Of a stretch of 64,000 nt of DNA, positions 41,301-64,000 are shown piece after piece. Origin of the DNA: Sminthopsis crassicaudata (lineage: Eukaryota); assembly GCF_048593235.1 (NCBI RefSeq), contig NC_133619.1, positions 651,226,558 through 651,290,557 of the forward strand. The letters run 5' to 3'. The position numbers were made by a program, and so were the translations under genes. Within the stretch, counting starts at the first letter, position 1; the number at the start of each line of letters is the position of its first letter. The notes under the pieces are model-generated. The model saw only the letters and a list, made by a program, of their open reading frames with translations, was not told the DNA's origin and made no database searches.

Positions 41301-41437
41301 GGGGCGTGGCCCTGACCACCCTGTCCTCGGGCACCACCACCATGGGCCCCAACAGCCTGGGCTACCCGGGCTCCATGCCGCCCCCGTACCCCACCACCCC
41401 CAAAACCGCTCGCCTGGCCATGATGAATGACAATTGA
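35381..41437 (+). CDS. SYNGR4: Synaptogyrin-4 (MARVEL domain), 227 aa
   Basis: join(35381-35473, 40422-40659, 40893-41032, 41225-41437) = 684 nt; MYVPESLHDLADSEVVQFVKKPKT, TDGYQN, FCFLANQWQ, ...RLAMMNDN. Confidence 0.96.
36300..37180 (-). mobile_element. Highly diverged, GC-shifted L2 fragment; boundaries approximate
   Basis: tgggagtcgtctgcag, ccagaaggagtgaggagaaccaagag and gctgcagggggtcaagagg occur in the order of the antisense L2 RT region as I recall it. Confidence 0.5.
39463..39600 (+). mobile_element. WSINE1-like tRNA-derived CORE-SINE, 5' slightly truncated
   Basis: gcagtggacagagcacc...ggagttcaaatc-type A/B boxes (here acccgagttcaaatc), core tgtgaccctgggcaagtcactt, short A tail. Confidence 0.9.
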
Positions 41438-41462
41438 GGCGCCGTGCCGATCTCCCTCAGTT

Positions 41463-41468
41463 ATTAAA
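41463..41468 (+). terminator. Polyadenylation signal ATTAAA for SYNGR4
   Basis: 25 nt after the stop codon. Confidence 0.7.
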
Positions 41469-41843
41469 GAGACTTGCTCTTCCTCCCACGGAGGTGTTTG
41501 AGAAAAGCCCAGCCTGCCTGTCTCTTCTCAGGGAAGGGGGCAGGAGGGCCTCGTGGGGGGCGACCCGGCCGCGGAGGGACGCACGTCTGGCAGTGGGAAC
41601 GGGTCAGGGGGGAGGAGGGCACACGGGCAGAAGCTACCGGCGGGGCCACAAGGCCCGGCCACGTTCACCTACACCCTGGAGGGTTTTGAGGGGCCAGTCC
41701 CAGAGGTCGCCCCTCCGGCGGGGTGGGGGGCGAGGCCCTTCCTCCCGCCTCCAGACCTCCTGGCAGAGAACGGTCATTGGGGGTAGTCAGGCTCCTCCCC
41801 CGGGCCCCGACAAGCAGAGACAGCGACAAGTTCGTTTTTTGTC

Positions 41844-41849
41844 TTTATT
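41844..41849 (-). terminator. Polyadenylation signal AATAAA for KDELR1
   Basis: TTTATT ~550 nt past the KDELR1 stop. Confidence 0.8.
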
Positions 41850-42402
41850 TCAAGTGAACGAGGTTAACCATCAATTCTGTACAAAAATGGGGCCTGGCCC
41901 CTCGCCTCCCGCCCCACGCCCCGGACCAAAAAACTGACCAAAAAGATATAAAAGACGGAGGGGAGAAGTCCCCCCGGCGCCCCCTCGGATCCAGAAAAAA
42001 GCCGGAGGGGCCGTTGGCTAGGGACGGGGCTGAGCGTTTGGCAAAGTCTGGAGGGAGGGGGAAACAGTGGGGAGGGGGTCAGGGCGGGACTGCCCCGCCC
42101 CAGGCGGCTTATAAAAACACAGGCGTCCGGAGCCGACGAGGCGGAAGGGAAAACGGGGGGCCGCCAGAGCCCGCCTGAAGTGAAAAAGATTCCCTCTGTT
42201 TCTCAAAAAGGCAAAACACTAAAGAGCCGAGGTCCGCAGCTCTCGCCCTCCTGGACTGGGGCTGGGGAGGAGAAGGGGGGGCAAGGACCCCTTGATTCTC
42301 TTAGGAAGTTACCCCTGGTGTGGGCAGGTCCTGGGTCCCCCTGCCCGGCCCCCCCGCAGCTGCGGCCCGTTTCCTCTCCTCGGAGCCGCCCGGGAGCCGC
42401 CA

Positions 42403-44499
42403 CTATGCCGGCAGGCTGAGCTTCTTCCCCTTTAAGACTGAGAGAGGGGGGACAGGTCAAGAGGGTGGGAGAGAACAGACCCCCCGGGCACCCCACTCGC
42501 CCCGCCCCCTCCCGAGGGCCCCGAGCAGCCCCGGCCGCTACCTTTGGTGATGTAGAGGTAGAAGAAGTCGCAGTAGAGCACGGTCTGCACCAGGCCGGCC
42601 ACGATGGCGATGAGGTCGAAGAAGCCCTCGAACTGGTAGCGCCAGATCCAATTGAAGAGGTAGAGCGTCCGGTAGACGCCCAGGGCGAACAGGTAGTGGC
42701 TGGTGATGGTCTCCGCCTCCCCCGTCTTGCTCACCATGAAGAGCTGGGGCAGGATGGCCACCGACTCCAGGTAGATGGAGAAGGTCCAGAGGATCTGGGG
42801 GCGGAGAGCAGGGCGGCAGGGTGAGGCCGGGGCCCAGGGGGCAGGGGACAGGGGCCGAGAGGCCGAGAGCGGCCGGGGCGGGGGCCTCTACCCCAGGAGA
42901 AGCTGCCCCCCCCCCCCCCCCCCCGTCCCCAGCTCCGCGGGCCCAGGGAGGCCGACGCCGCCTCACCTCCAGCGGGGTGAAGTCGTGGTTGACGAGAAAG
43001 GCCAAGATGGCCGTGGGGACCACGAGGAACTCCACGCGGAAAGTGTCGTGGTTGCCGTCATAGGTGGCCTTGAATTTGCTGTAGATCATCCAGACGGTGG
43101 TGAAGGAGCAGGCGATGTAGACCACCTGGGCCGGGGTGAGGACGGACCTCCATTGGGGCAACAGCTGGTGGTCCCCAGGGCTGCCCCCCAGATCTCCTCC
43201 TGGCCCGAGCCCCTCCCCCAGAACCCCTCCTGGCCCCCCCAGATCTCCTCCTGGCCCCAGCCCCCCTAGGATCCCCTCTGCCCCCCTTCAGAGTGCCTCC
43301 TGGCCCCAGCCCTCCCAGAACCCCTCCTGGCCCCCCCAGAACCCCTCCTGGCCCCCCCAGATCTCTTCCTGGCCCCAGCCCCCCTAGGATACCCTCTGCC
43401 CCCCTTCAGAGTGCCTCCTGGCCCCAGCCTCCCCAGATCTCCTCCTGGCCCAAGCCCTCCCAGAACCCCTCCTGGCCCCCCCAGATCTCCTCCTGGCCCC
43501 AGCCCCCCCAGAACCCCTCCTGGCCCCCCATCTCTTCCTGGCCCCCCAGATCTCCTCCTGGCCCCAGCCCCCCCGAACCCCTCCTGGCCCCCCATCTCTT
43601 CCTGGCCCCCCCAGATCTCCTCCTGGCCCCAGCCCCCCCAGAACCCCTCCTGGCCCCCCATCTCTTCCTGGCCCCCCCAGATCTCCTCCTGGCCCCAGCC
43701 CCCCCAGAACCCCTCCTGGCCCCCCATCTCTTCCTGGCCCCCCAGATCTCCTCCTGGCCCCCCATCTCTTCCTGGCCCCCCAGATCTCCCCCTGGCCCCC
43801 CCAGAACCCCTCCTGGCCCCAGCCCCTCCCCCAGCCCCCCCCCTGAGCCCCTCCCGGCCCCCAGCCCCCGCCACCTTCATGGACGTGTTGTAGAGGGAGA
43901 TGTAGTTGGTGAAGAGGTCCAGGTAGCGGGCGGTGAAGACCACAGCGAACAGCACCTGACTCTTCCCCGAGATTCCTGGGGGGACAGAGAGCTCAGCGTG
44001 GCCTCTCTGCCCTCCCCCCAACTCCCGGGCCAATCCAGGGCCTGCCTCTCCCGCCCGTCCGGCCTCTTTCCCAGGCCCGCAGCCAGGGGGCGGGCCGGGC
44101 CGCGGGCGGGCCCCGAGCTACTAGAGGTCCGGGCTTCGGCCGTCCAACTAGGCCCGGCCGCGCCGGGGGGCTCGGGGCGCAGGCCGTCCGCCCCCCTCCC
44201 GGCCGGGCCCCGCTCCCGCTGCCCCGGTTTTATCCCCCCCCCGCCCCGGGGCTGGGGGGGGCCGTTAGGGAAGGGGGGCCCCCTCCCCCAGGGCCCACGT
44301 CACCAGCTCCAGCTCCCTCCCCTCCCCCGCCTGTCTCCGGAGGGGGCTCCTGGGGGCAACCCCCTGTCCCCCCCCTGCGGGGCCGGGGTCCCGCGCCCCC
44401 GCCCTCACCGGCGCAGGAGCGGGACTTCCAGATCTTGAGGAGCAGCAGGATGATGGCCAGGAGGTGGGAGAGGTCCCCCAGGAATCGGAAGAGGTTCAT
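42403..44499 (-). CDS. KDELR1: KDEL endoplasmic reticulum protein retention receptor 1, 212 aa
   Basis: complement join(44409-44499, 43875-43975, 42967-43125, 42542-42794, 42403-42437) = 639 nt; [17 protein letters not shown] ... [11 protein letters not shown]. Confidence 0.98.
43175..43835. repeat. C-rich (G-rich on the sense strand) minisatellite in KDELR1 intron 2
   Basis: Recurring CCCCCCAGATCTCCTCCTGG / CCCCAGAACCCCTCCTGG modules. Confidence 0.9.
44295..44302 (-). promoter_or_regulatory. UPRE-type TGACGTGG element in KDELR1 intron 1
   Basis: CCACGTCA on + strand, ~105 nt from the exon-1 donor. Confidence 0.45.
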
Positions 44500-46200
44500 G
44501 GCCGCGGGCCGGGGGCCGGAGCCGGGGCCTGGGCCGGGGGCTCGTACACGTCCGGGTCCGAGGGCGCCGCGGGGAGCTCGGCCGAGAGAGGCCCCTAGCT
44601 GGCGGAGGAGGCGGCGGCGGCGGCGGCGGTGGCTGAGCGAAGGCGGGGGGCGGGGAGGGAGGAGGGAGGCACCGCCCCCCGCGGGAGGAGCCAGTCGGCA
44701 GCCCGCGCCCCCTCCCCGCGGCCCAGCTCAGGGGCCCCCAGGCTGGCTCGGGGTCCCGCCCCCCCGGGACTTGCTTCCCAATTCTGGTGCCCGAGAGCGA
44801 GCCCCGAAGGGGGGTCCGGGCCCGGGGGTCCCCGACCGTGGGAGCGGAAGGGCTCCGCGCGCCGGACGTGTGGGTCCCCCTCGGGAGGCGAGGAGCGGGG
44901 CTCCCCAGAGTGCCCGGCTCTTCGGGGGGCTGGGCTGGGCGGGGGGCTACGAGGCGCAGCGTTCGGGGGGAGTCCTGCGCAAGGTGCGCGGGAGAGCCGG
45001 AGCTGCAAAAGCCCCTCCCCGCCCTCGCCTCGGCGGCCGCGCGCGGGTCCCCAGAGCCGGCCCCTCCCCGGTCCCCGAGGGGGGGGCGCCCGAGGGGAGC
45101 ATCCCGCCTCCCGCTCTCTCCCCCAGCGGCCACATCTGGGGCGCCCCCTCCCTCCGCAAGCCCAGGGGTCCCCCCCCCGGCCCCTGCGGGGCGGGCCGCG
45201 GCTGTCTCCGCGAGAGGGGCAGACGCGGACTGAATGTTAATCACCCCGCGAGTCTGGGTTCCGGCGAGCGTGTCCCTCTCCCCCGTCCCCCCGCCCGCCC
45301 TCCCCGCCCTCCCCTCCCTCCCCTCCCGCTCGGGCTCGGGCTCCTTCCCAGCCGCCCGCCCCCCGCCCCAGCTTAGGTGTGTGAGGCAGGCGGGCGGGCG
45401 GGGCGGCGCGGGCCGGCGGCCGTCCGTCTGTCTGGCCGGCTCGGTCCCGTCCTCTGCTGCAGGGGGGCCGGGGGGGGGGCGCTCTGCGGTCTCGCCATCG
45501 CCTCTCCAGCGGCTGCCAGGTGGGTGTCCGGGAGTCCGGCCGGCCTGGGGGGCTGCGCGGGGCCGGCGGGGGGCCGGGGGCTGTCTGGGCTGTCTGGGCA
45601 ATGGGACTGCGTGTGTGTAAGGGGGCGGGGTGGAGCGGCGTCTGGCCGCCCCCCCTCCGTCCTCGGGCCGTACCTGAGGTTTTCGGGCTCCTGCCGGAGC
45701 CGCCCCTCCCCCTCCGGCCGTCTGTCTGTCGGTCCGGGGCGCGCGGCCGGCTGCGCTGGCGCCTCGGCGTCTGGCCGCGGCGGGCCGCCGTTCCGGAGGC
45801 TGGGCCGGCCGGCCGTCCTTGCGGGCCGCCGTCTGTCCGCGTCCCGGGCGGCCGAGCCCGCTCCCTGCGGGGATGTGCGTTCCTGTGAGTGTGTGAGCGA
45901 GCGTGAGTGTGCGGGAGCGCGTGGGGCTCCCGCTCCTTTCCTGGGAGGGCTGCGGGGGGAATCCCTGGGAAGCCGCGCGTGGGCGCCCGGTCTGCCGGAG
46001 GGGCGAGGGAGACGGGGAGCCGGCGGCCAGGCCGGCCGGAGCCGGGGCCGGAGCCCGGACAGAGCGGCGGGGGGAGGGGCGCCCGGGCAGGTGAGCGGAG
46101 CCCCGGGGGGCGGGGGGCCTGCCCCGCGGCGAGGGCGGCTTCCCGGGCCCAACTTTGATGCAACATGTGTAGCCTCCCGGGCGCCCCCCCCCCAGCCCGG
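44500..46200. promoter_or_regulatory. CpG island: divergent KDELR1 / GRIN2D promoter region
   Basis: Very CpG-rich; (GGC)~6 in the KDELR1 5'UTR (~44611-44629); plus-strand donor CAG|GTGAGC at 46091 is a candidate GRIN2D exon-1 end. Confidence 0.75.
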
Positions 46201-47984
46201 GGACGAGGGCCCTGAACCCTCACCTGCTGTGTCCTTCTAGAGCCTGACTGGGCCCCGGGGCCAGCCGTCGTCACTCCCCTCCCCCACCTCCCAGCAGGGT
46301 CATGAAAAGGTAAGGCGGGAAGGAGGGGGCTGGGGGGGGGACCCCCGGCCTGGGCTGGCAGAGGGCGGCGGAGCCTCCGGCTGTTCCCCTCCCTCCAGTT
46401 GGGGGGCTCCCTGCGCCCCGCACACACCCGGCCCCCCACTTCCTTGCCCCTTGGCCCCTTCCCTGGCCTGGCCCCGTTTTCTCCCCCCGGGGCTTGCTCT
46501 TCCCCTCTCTCCCTCCGTGTCCTTCCGTCCCTTTCCCTCGGCTCTCCCTGGTCCTCATCCCTCCCCCCTCCCCATCCCGTCTCCCGGTGCCTCAGTTCTC
46601 GGCTCCCTCCCCGGCCCCCCCCTCCCGCTTCTCCCCGTCCCCCTCCCTCCCCTCCCAGGGTCCATCCCCTCCCCTCAGTCTGTCCCTGGTCCCCAGGGCG
46701 GTGACTCTGCTCTTAATCCTGCTTCCGAGGCCTGAAGGTCGCGCAGCCCTGGGCCCCTGCCGGACACCCCCTCCCCACGCAAGGCTGCGGCGGGGCGCAG
46801 TCCAGGCCCTCCCCTCCCCCTCCTCACTGGGGTGGGGGGGCAGGACGGGGCTGCGGCAGCGGGGAGGGCCCCCAGCGGAGGAGCAGAGTGCGGAGCCCTG
46901 CCTCTGTCCGGCCCAGCACCAGCCCCCCCTCTGCAGCGCGGGCCGGGAGGGGACGCGGCAGTCAGCTGGGGGGGGCGCGGTCCCAGAGGCCTGCCCGCCC
47001 CCCTTTCGGGAACTGGCCGGGCTGGAGAGGGGGTGGCCGCCTGGGTCCTTGAGGGGTCAGAAGCCGGGGCCGCTCCCTGCTTTCATCTGCTCGGGTTAAG
47101 GAGGTGGGGGGAGGTGGGGGCTGGCCCCTCCCATTTATGGCTCTGGAGCCGGACTCTTGGGTTCCTGAGCTGTGGGGGGGCAGCCCCCCACCGTCAGCTG
47201 TGTGCTGAGGGGGGCAATGGCAGGAAGAGAAACCGAGGGAAGGGAGGGAAGGGGGAGAAATGCCTTGGAAGGGGGGCTAGCCCCGCGGGTTAACAGCTGC
47301 GGGTTATTTTGGGGTGGAGGCTGGGGGTGCTATTCTGGGCACTAATCAAGCCAACGGCTAATGAGCGCCAAGAGGAGGAGGGGCTCCCTCCAGCCCCTGG
47401 CCCCAGCGCCAGGAAAGGGGGGTCTGCCCCCCCCCCCGCCCCCCTCTCTCCTTCCCTCCCCCAGCCGTCAAGCCGGCTGTCATGGCAACCCATGGGATAC
47501 TGACAGCCATCCCGGGCTCAGGGCTCCCCTCAGGCCTCGGCCCAGCCCCTTCCCCTCAGGGAGCCAAACATCAGGGGATCCAGGAGCGCGGGCCTCGACC
47601 TCACTCAGGGACCCCGGTGCCCGGAGTCCAGCAGCAGGGACGGGCAGAGGCTCCGGGCTAGCGGCCAGCACCCCCTCCTCTTCCAGTCTCAGGGACTACA
47701 GCCGGACCCGGCTCCCCCCAGCCCAGCAAAGGGAGGGGGGGCGGAAAGGATAATGAGGGGCCGGGATGGGAGAGAAAGCCAAGGGACCGGGAGGGGAGCT
47801 GGGCTGACGGAGGGGAGGAGGCAGAGACAAGGGACTCGTGGGTCAGCCTCACTGACCCGCTCCCCTTTTTTGTCTGCCCTTCCTCCTCTTTTCTTCCCTG
47901 CTCCCGGATTTCTCTCTCCTTTGCCCTCCGTCCGGCTCTGCCCTTCATCCCTGCCTTCCTGGGGGTTGGGGATGGGCAATGTCT

Positions 47985-49613
47985 CTGTGTCTCTCTGTCT
48001 CTGTGTGTCTCTCTGTCTCTGTGTGTGTCTCTGTCTTGTTGTCTCTCTGTCTCTGTGTGTGTGTCTCTGCCTGTGTGTCTCTCTTTCTCCGTGTGTCTCT
48101 CTGTCTCTGTCTCTGTGTGTCTCTGGGCATTTTCCCCTGTTTTCTGTCAACCCCCCGACTCTCGGGTTCTCCCTCCCCTTTGCCCTCTGTGCCTCCCACC
48201 TGCCCATGGGGCTGGTTCTCTCCCGTCCCCGTGTCTGCATCCCGTCCCCTTTCTCTGTCCCTCTGCCCCCCCCCCCGGGTGTCTGTCTCTGTCCGTGTCC
48301 CTTGCATTTTGCCCACTCTTTGGTCCGAATCCATCTCTGTCCCCGTCTGCCCTCTGATGTTCTTTCTGCCCCTTTCTGCTCCTGTTGTCTGCCTGTTTCT
48401 CTCGCATTTCTGTCCCTCTCCGGGACTGTCTCTGTCTCTCTGTGACTCTCTGTGACTCTCTAACTCCTGCCATCGGTCTCTATTTTTGTTTCTGCATCTC
48501 TTTCTGTCTTTCTGATTGTTTCTGTCTCTGTGCATCTCTACCTCTTGCTGTCTGTCTCTATCTCTGTTTCTCTGTCTCTGTCATCTGTCTGCTTCGGTCT
48601 CTCTCCATCTCTGTCTCTTTGTCCCCTGTCTGTCTCTATCTCTGTCTCTGTTTCCCTGTCTCTGACTTGCACTGTCTGTCTCTCTGTCTCTTGTTGTCTC
48701 TGTTCTGTCTCTTGTCTTGCCGTGTCTATCTCTGTCTCTCCTCTTCTCTTTCTGCTTTTCTCTCTGTCTCTATCTCTGTCCCTGTTTCTGTTTTTCTCTC
48801 TCTGTCGGCCGGTCTTTGTCTCTGGCTCTGGTTTTTCTCTCTGGCTCTCTCATTCTTTCTCTCTATACTTCTCTACCTCTCTCCCTCTGTTTCTTTGTCT
48901 CTGTCTCCCACCTTTCTCTGTTTCGCTTTCTTTCTCTGTCTCCTGTCTCTCTCTCTGTTTCTCTGTCTCTGTCTTTCGCTCTGTTTGTCTTTCTGTGTCT
49001 GTTTCTCTTTCTCCTTCTTACTCTTTCTCTCTTTCTGTCTGTTTTTGTCTTTGTCTCTCTGTCCCTCTGTGTCTCTGCCTCTCTGTATCTCTCTCTGTTT
49101 CTGACTTTCTCTGTCTCTGTTTTTGTCTCTCTTTGTGTCTCTCTGTCTTTCTCTGTTTCTATCTTTTTGACTGTCTCTTTTCTGTCTGTCACTGTTTCTC
49201 TTCTCTGTCTCTCTTGTTTCTTTGTCTCTGTCTCACTCTCTCTCCATCTCTTTCTCTCTCTCTCCTTCTGTCTCTCTTTTCATCTCTTTTTCTCTGCCTC
49301 TCTTTTCTATCTCTGTCTCTTTTCTCTTTCTCCATCTCCTTCTCTCTCTTTGNNNNNNNNNNNNNNNNNNNNNNNNNNNNNNNNNNNNNNNNNNNNNNNN
49401 NNNNNNNNNNNNNNNNNNNNNNNNNNNNNNNNNNNNNNNNNNNNNNNNNNNNNNNNNNNNNNNNNNNNNNNNNNNNNNNNNNNNNNNNNNNNNNNNNNNN
49501 NNNNNNNNNNNNNNNNNNCTCTGTGTCTCTGACTGTCTCTTGTCTCTCTGTTTCTGTCTCTCTGTTTCTCTGTCTCTGTCTCTGTTTCTGGGACTCTGCC
49601 TCTGTTCTGTCTT

Positions 49614-49644
<31 letters not shown>

Positions 49645-51252
49645 CTCTCGTGTCCCTCTGTCTCTTTCTCTCTGTGTCTCTTTCTCTGTTTCTGTCTATC
49701 TCTGTGTCTCTGACTGTCTCTTGTCTCTCTGTGTCTCTGTCTCTGTGTCTTTTGTCTCTGTTTGTCTCTCTGTTTCTCTCTGTTTCTCTGTCTCTGTCTC
49801 TGTTTCTTGGACTCTGCCTCTGTTCTGTCTTTGTCTCTGTCTGTGTGTGTCTCTCGTGTCCCTCTGTCTCTTTCTCTCTGTGTCTCTTTCTCTGTTTCTG
49901 TCTCTCTATCTCTGTGTCTCTGTGTCTCTGTCTCTTGTCTCTCTGTTTGTCTCTCTGTTTCTCTCTCTCTGTCTCTTGTCTCTGTTTGTCTCTCTGTTTC
50001 TCTCTGTTTCTCTGTCTCTGTCTCTGTTTCTTGGACTCTGCCTCTGTTCTGTCTTTGTCTCTGTCTGTGTGTGTCTCTCGTGTCCCCCTGTCTCTTTCTC
50101 TCTGTGTCTCTTTCTCTGTTTCTGTCTCTCTATCTCTGTGTCTCTGTGTCTCTGTCTCTTGTCTCTCTGTTTGTCTCTCTGTTTCTCTCTCTCTGTCTCT
50201 TGTCTCTGTTTGTCTCTCTGTTTCTCTCTGTTTCTCTGTCTCTGTCTCTGTTTCTTGGACTCTGCCTCTGTTCTGTCTTTGTCTCTGTCTGTGTGTGTCT
50301 CTCGTGTCCCTCTGTCTCTTTCTCTCTGTGTCTCTTTCTCTGTTTCTGTCTCTCTATCTCTGTGTCTCTGTGTCTCTGTCTCTTGTCTCTCTGTTTGTCT
50401 CTCTGTTTCTCTCTCTCTGTCTCTTGTCTCTGTTTGTCTCTCTGTTTCTCTCTGTTTCTCTGTCTCTGTCTCTGTTTCTTGGACTCTGCCTCTGTTCTGT
50501 CTTTGTCTCTGTCTGTGTGTGTCTCTCGTGTCCCTCTGTCTCTTTCTCTCTGTGTCTCTTTCTCTGTTTCTGTCTCTCTATCTCTGTGTCTCTGTGTCTC
50601 TGTCTCTTGTCTCTCTGTTTGTCTCTCTGTTTCTCTCTCTCTGTCTCTTGTCTCTGTTTGTCTCTCTGTTTCTCTCTGTTTCTCTGTCTCTGTCTCTGTT
50701 TCTTGGACTCTGCCTCTGTTCTGTCTTTGTCTCTGTCTGTGTGTGTCTCTCGTGTCCCTCTGTCTCTTTCTCTCTGTGTCTCTTTCTCTGTTTCTGTCTC
50801 TCTATCTCTGTGTCTCTGTGTCTCTGTCTCTTGTCTCTCTGTTTGTCTCTCTGTTTCTCTCTCTCTGTCTCTTGTCTCTGTTTGTCTCTCTGTTTCTCTC
50901 TGTTTCTCTGTCTCTGTCTCTGTTTCTTGGACTCTGCCTCTGTTCTGTCTTTGTCTCTGTCTGTGTGTGTCTCTCGTGTCCCTCTGTCTCTTTCTCTCTG
51001 TGTCTCTTTCTCTGTTTCTGTCTCTCTATCTCTGTGTCTCTGTCTCTCTGTCTCTTGTCTCTCTGTTTGTCTCTCCGTTTCTCTCTCTCTGTCTCTTTCT
51101 CTCTGTGTCTCTTTCTCTGTTTCTGTCTCTCTATCTCTGTGTCTCTGTCTCTCTGTCTCTTGTCTCTCTGTTTGTCTCTCCGTTTCTCTCTCTCTGTCTC
51201 TTTCTCTCTGTGTCTCTTTCTCTGTTTCTGTCTCTCTATCTCTGTGTCTCTT
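47985..51252. repeat. Polypyrimidine (TCTG/CT) tract containing a 224-bp higher-order tandem repeat; gaps at 49353-49518 and 51253-51428
   Basis: The A of landmark GGACTCTGCC falls at 49811, 50035, 50259, 50483, 50707 and 50931 (exact 224 spacing); a diverged copy is at 49593. Confidence 0.93.
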
Positions 51253-51466
51253 NNNNNNNNNNNNNNNNNNNNNNNNNNNNNNNNNNNNNNNNNNNNNNNN
51301 NNNNNNNNNNNNNNNNNNNNNNNNNNNNNNNNNNNNNNNNNNNNNNNNNNNNNNNNNNNNNNNNNNNNNNNNNNNNNNNNNNNNNNNNNNNNNNNNNNNN
51401 NNNNNNNNNNNNNNNNNNNNNNNNNNNNCTGGGTCATTAGAGGCTGCCCGGCAGGGCCCCCAGGAG

Positions 51467-64000
<12,534 letters not shown>

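Noticed and set aside
44405-46439. 300-400-aa Pro/Gly/Arg/Ala ORFs in the CpG island
   Set aside because: Expected in very GC-rich DNA; open in several frames at once, with no recognisable domain.

Overview
Marsupial genomic DNA (probably an Australian dasyurid, judged from a WSINE1-like SINE and marsupial-type L1s), syntenic with human 19q13.33. The first ~11.6 kb is AT-rich and almost entirely nested, same-strand L1 debris: two diverged copies of one rearranged L1 mosaic, two younger L1 insertions with TSDs, and two LTR-like insertions. It then switches abruptly to a very GC-rich, gene-dense block. I reconstructed six genes exon by exon with consistent splice phases: ODAD1/CCDC114 (-, 550 aa), EMP3 (+, 163 aa), TMEM143 (-, 441 aa), SYNGR4 (+, 227 aa), KDELR1 (-, 212 aa) and the 5' half of GRIN2D (+, runs off the window). 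Many introns carry their own unrelated GC-rich minisatellite. These arrays, together with stop-poor GC-rich DNA, explain almost all long ORFs in the six-frame track. I found no clearly new biological system. The best leads are: the TMEM143 exon-1 ATG now opens a 6-codon uORF; ODAD1 may have two starts and lacks the long C-terminal tail; there may be unannotated minus-strand exons at 13.5-14.2 kb; several VNTRs multiply transcription-factor motifs; and the L1 mosaic occurs twice. Comparisons with human proteins and repeat consensuses are from memory, not database searches.
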